Under the pieces are notes generated by a model. It was given only the letters and a program-made list of their open reading frames with translations, ran no database searches and had not been told where the DNA came from. Shown here piece by piece: positions 61,131-64,000 of a stretch of DNA of 64,000 nt (its first letter is position 1; each line of letters opens with the position of its first letter). The position numbers and the translations under genes are program-made. Source of the stretch: a bacterium (GTDB lineage Bacteria; UBA8248); NCBI GenBank assembly GCA_965213625.1, contig CBDBZU010000004.1, positions 3,872,001 through 3,936,000 on the forward strand, given 5' to 3'.

Positions 61131-61793
61131 TTACGTACCCAGCGTCTGAGAAGGCGTTCTTCTCGCTTGCCGGATCATCTCGCCTCTGAATATCCAGACC
61201 TTAACCCCGATGATTCCGTATGTCGTCTTACCTTCGGCGAATCCATAGTCGATGTCCGCGCGCAGGGTTTGGAGCGGAACGCGGCCCTCCCGGTACCACT
61301 CGGTTCGCGCAATCTCGGCGCCCCCGAGCCTGCCGGAGCACTGAATCTTCACGCCCTTGGCGCCGAAGCGAAGGGCCGAGGTCACCGCTTTTTTCATCGC
61401 GCGTCGAAAGGCGATCCGGCGCTCGAGCTGCATGGCGATGTTCTCCGCCACGAGTTGGGCGTCCATTTCGGCCTTGCGCACTTCCTTTATGTTCACGTTC
61501 ACCTGGTTGCCGGTAAGCTCCTGAAGGTCCGCCTTCAGTCTGTCGACCTCTGCGCCGCGCTTTCCGATGATAATGCCCGGCCGGGCCGTCCAGATGTTGA
61601 TGCGCGCACGCTCGCTGGCGCGCTCTATCTCCACGTTGCTCACACCTGCGTGTGAGAGGCGTTCCTTCACGTACTTGCGGATGCGCAGATCGTCCAGAAG
61701 CAGGTCGCCGAAATTATGCTTGGCGAACCAGTGCGAGTTCCAGCCTCTGGTGATGCCGACCCGAAAACCGATGGGGTGAACTTTTTGACCCAT
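61131..61793 (-). CDS. rpsC: 30S ribosomal protein S3
   Basis: [36 protein letters not shown]. Confidence 0.98.
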   Translation of the reverse strand: MGQKVHPIGFRVGITRGWNSHWFAKHNFGDLLLDDLRIRKYVKERLSHAGVSNVEIERASERARINIWTARPGIIIGKRGAEVDRLKADLQELTGNQVNVNIKEVRKAEMDAQLVAENIAMQLERRIAFRRAMKKAVTSALRFGAKGVKIQCSGRLGGAEIARTEWYREGRVPLQTLRADIDYGFAEGKTTYGIIGVKVWIFRGEMIRQARRTPSQTLGT

Positions 61794-61803
61794 TTGTATC
61801 CCC

Positions 61804-62139
61804 CTAATTCGCTTCGCCGATATCCACGCGAATGTGGCAACTTCTGTGTTTGACACGGCCGATGCGCCCACGCGCGCGCGCCCGGAACCGCTTGAGCGTC
61901 GGCCCGTCGTCGACGCGAACGCTTTTCACGATAAGACCTTCGGGATCGTCGTGCTCACCCCTGTCGGTAGCGTTCGCAAGCGCAGAAAGCAACACCTTCT
62001 CCACCACCTTGGCCGATGAGCGTGTGGACAGGCGCAAAAGGTTGAGGGCGTCCGCCACCCGCTTGCCGCGGATCATATCCGCTATCTGGCGCGTCTTGCG
62101 CGGCTTGGCTCGGTAATACTTCAAAATCGCCTTGGACAT
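61804..62139 (-). CDS. rplV: 50S ribosomal protein L22
   Basis: [28 protein letters not shown]. Confidence 0.97.
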   Translation of the reverse strand: MSKAILKYYRAKPRKTRQIADMIRGKRVADALNLLRLSTRSSAKVVEKVLLSALANATDRGEHDDPEGLIVKSVRVDDGPTLKRFRARARGRIGRVKHRSCHIRVDIGEAN

Positions 62140-62176
62140 GTCATTCCCTTACCTGTTTTGCCTTATCCACAAAAAC

Positions 62177-62461
62177 CTATTTCAGCGTAACCTGCCGCTT
62201 CGTCATTCCCGAGTGAGAGCGGAACGTGCGGGTAGGGGAAAAATCCCCTAGTTTGAAGCCCACCATGTTCTCCGTCACATATACGGGTATGAATTTCTTG
62301 CCGTTGTGCACGGCGAACGTATGACCGACAAAATCAGGGATGATGGTGGATCGCCTCGACCAGGTCCTGATCATCCGCTTCTCGCCGCTCTCGTCCATCA
62401 CCTCCACCTTCTTTCGAAGATGAGCGTCTATGAATGGCCCCTTATGAAGAGAACGTGGCAT
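62177..62461 (-). CDS. rpsS: 30S ribosomal protein S19
   Basis: [20 protein letters not shown]. Confidence 0.98.
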   Translation of the reverse strand: MPRSLHKGPFIDAHLRKKVEVMDESGEKRMIRTWSRRSTIIPDFVGHTFAVHNGKKFIPVYVTENMVGFKLGDFSPTRTFRSHSGMTKRQVTLK

Positions 62462-62487
62462 CGCTATCCAATCTCCCTCGAAACCGG

Positions 62488-63318
62488 CTACCTGGATTTC
62501 CTTCGCCGCACGATAAATTTAGAAGAAGGCTTATCCTTCTTGCGCGTTTTGTATCCTTTGGTCGGCTTGCCCCACGGGGTCACCGGGTGCCTGCCTCCCG
62601 AACTCTTGCCCTCGCCACCGCCCAATGGGTGATCAACCGGGTTCATGGCCACACCGCGGACGTTGGGACGACGGCCCAGCCAGCGCTTGCGACCCGCCTT
62701 GCCGAGGCTCACGTTACTGTGGTCGGAATTCCCCACCTCGCCTATCGTCGCGTAGCACGTCAGGTGAATCATGCGGACCTCGCCGGAGGAGAGTCTGAAC
62801 TGCGCATAATCGCCTTCCTTCGCCATGAGCTGGGCGCTCACGCCCGCGCTTCGGGCGATTTGTCCGCCGCGCCCGGGCTTCATCTCAATGTTGTGGCACG
62901 TCGTACCCAGCGGAATCCGCTCAACTGGCAGCGCGTTGCCGATCCGAATCTCCGCGTCCGGTCCGGAACTGACGGTCGCGCCCACTTCCAGGCCGTCGGG
63001 CGCGATAATATAGCGCTTCTCCCCGTCCAGATAGACGATGAGCGCCAACCGCGCGGAGCGATTCGGGTCATATTCAATCGAGCGTACTTTACCGGGGACG
63101 CCGGTTTTCTCGCGCCGGAAATCCACCACCCGGTAGCGGCGCTTGTGGCCCCCGCCCCTTTGATAGGTGGTGATGCGGCCCCGGTTGTTTCGTCCGCCGG
63201 ATTTCGACATACCCTTTGTCAGGGACTTCTCGGGCCGATCCGTCGTAATTTCATCCCGCAGAAGAACGTCCTGGAATCTCCGCCCCGGGGAAGTCGGCTT
63301 GTATTTTTTTACCGGCAT
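62488..63318 (-). CDS. rplB: 50S ribosomal protein L2
   Basis: [34 protein letters not shown]. Confidence 0.98.
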   Translation of the reverse strand: MPVKKYKPTSPGRRFQDVLLRDEITTDRPEKSLTKGMSKSGGRNNRGRITTYQRGGGHKRRYRVVDFRREKTGVPGKVRSIEYDPNRSARLALIVYLDGEKRYIIAPDGLEVGATVSSGPDAEIRIGNALPVERIPLGTTCHNIEMKPGRGGQIARSAGVSAQLMAKEGDYAQFRLSSGEVRMIHLTCYATIGEVGNSDHSNVSLGKAGRKRWLGRRPNVRGVAMNPVDHPLGGGEGKSSGGRHPVTPWGKPTKGYKTRKKDKPSSKFIVRRRKSR

Positions 63319-63335
63319 AGCACTCGCCTCAAAAA

Positions 63336-63623
63336 CTATGTTGATTCAAAAAACTCGATCGTGTCGCCTTCGCGCAGCGTCACAATCGCTTTTTTCCAAG
63401 CGGGTTTCGTGCCCTGAAAGCGGCCCATGCGAACCTTCTTTCCGGGCACCCGCATCGTGTTCACGTTAAGCACCGTGACGCCGAACAGCTCTTGTACCGC
63501 CTTTTTTATCTCTATCTTGTTCGCTTCAATGGCAACTTCGAAGACGACCTTGTTCGCCTCCTCGCTGCTCGCGATACTTTTTTCCGTCACGCAGGGTCTG
63601 CGAATGATGAATGTACTCTCCAT
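63336..63623 (-). CDS. rplW: 50S ribosomal protein L23
   Basis: [24 protein letters not shown]. Confidence 0.97.
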   Translation of the reverse strand: MESTFIIRRPCVTEKSIASSEEANKVVFEVAIEANKIEIKKAVQELFGVTVLNVNTMRVPGKKVRMGRFQGTKPAWKKAIVTLREGDTIEFFEST

Positions 63624-63626
63624 GAC

Positions 63627-64000
63627 CTAGCCCGCCAATCTTTCCGAGATGCCGTTTAGCGCGCCCTTGGTGCAAACGAGGTGCTCGTGGCCCATGATGT
63701 CGTATACGTTCAGGCCTTCGGGTTTCATCGGCTTGGCGCCCTTGATGTTTCTCGTCGCCAACTCAAAATTCCGCTCACCCCCGTCATCCACAATCAATGC
63801 CTTGCGCCCGAGTTTCAGGTTCTCGATGACTTCCACCATGAGGCGTGTCTTGGGCTCGGGCAGATTGAAATCGCGCACGATGAGCAGTTTTCCCTCTTTC
63901 AATTTCAGGTTAAGAGCGCTCCTGAGCGCGCTGCTTTTCATCTTCTTGTTCATTTTCTGGCTGTAATCGCGCGGCTTGGGGCCGAAAGTGGTCCCACCGC
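63627..64000 (-). CDS. rplD: 50S ribosomal protein L4 (5' part outside the window)
   Basis: GGTTFGPKPRDYSQKMNKK, PKTR, LNVYDI. Confidence 0.96.
   Translation of the reverse strand, partial: GGTTFGPKPRDYSQKMNKKMKSSALRSALNLKLKEGKLLIVRDFNLPEPKTRLMVEVIENLKLGRKALIVDDGGERNFELATRNIKGAKPMKPEGLNVYDIMGHEHLVCTKGALNGISERLAG

Overview
Bacterial chromosomal window (translation table 11). Taxonomy cannot be fixed from sequence alone; the gene content looks deltaproteobacterial/Nitrospinota-grade (inference). Layout: (i) 1-4.1 kb, accessory surface-protein region with a cadherin/Ig-repeat lipoprotein running off the left edge, a metalloprotease/TbpB-barrel lipoprotein interrupted by two in-frame TAG codons, and an IS256 remnant; (ii) 4.2-21.6 kb, housekeeping block (PBP1A, ftsY, smc, rnc, fabF, acpP, fabD, fabH, plsX, rpmF, DUF177, Ppx, gamma-CA, M23 peptidase); (iii) 21.9-28.6 kb, an intact, translationally coupled 8-gene phage tail-tip-like module with no head, packaging, integrase or tail-tube genes, a tape-measure-like gene placed last, and a 17/18-bp direct repeat at both ends (the most interesting feature); (iv) 28.8-49.7 kb, catabolic genes including a Na+-translocating biotin-dependent decarboxylase operon, with intergenic spaces full of REP/MITE repeats, an IS1182 element inserted in a hairpin loop, and a candidate sRNA upstream of cinA; (v) 49.8-64 kb, the S10-spc-alpha ribosomal protein cluster on the minus strand, rplD (partial) to rplQ. 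No rRNA, tRNA or CRISPR array was recognised. All product calls come from motif recognition by eye; no database searches were run.
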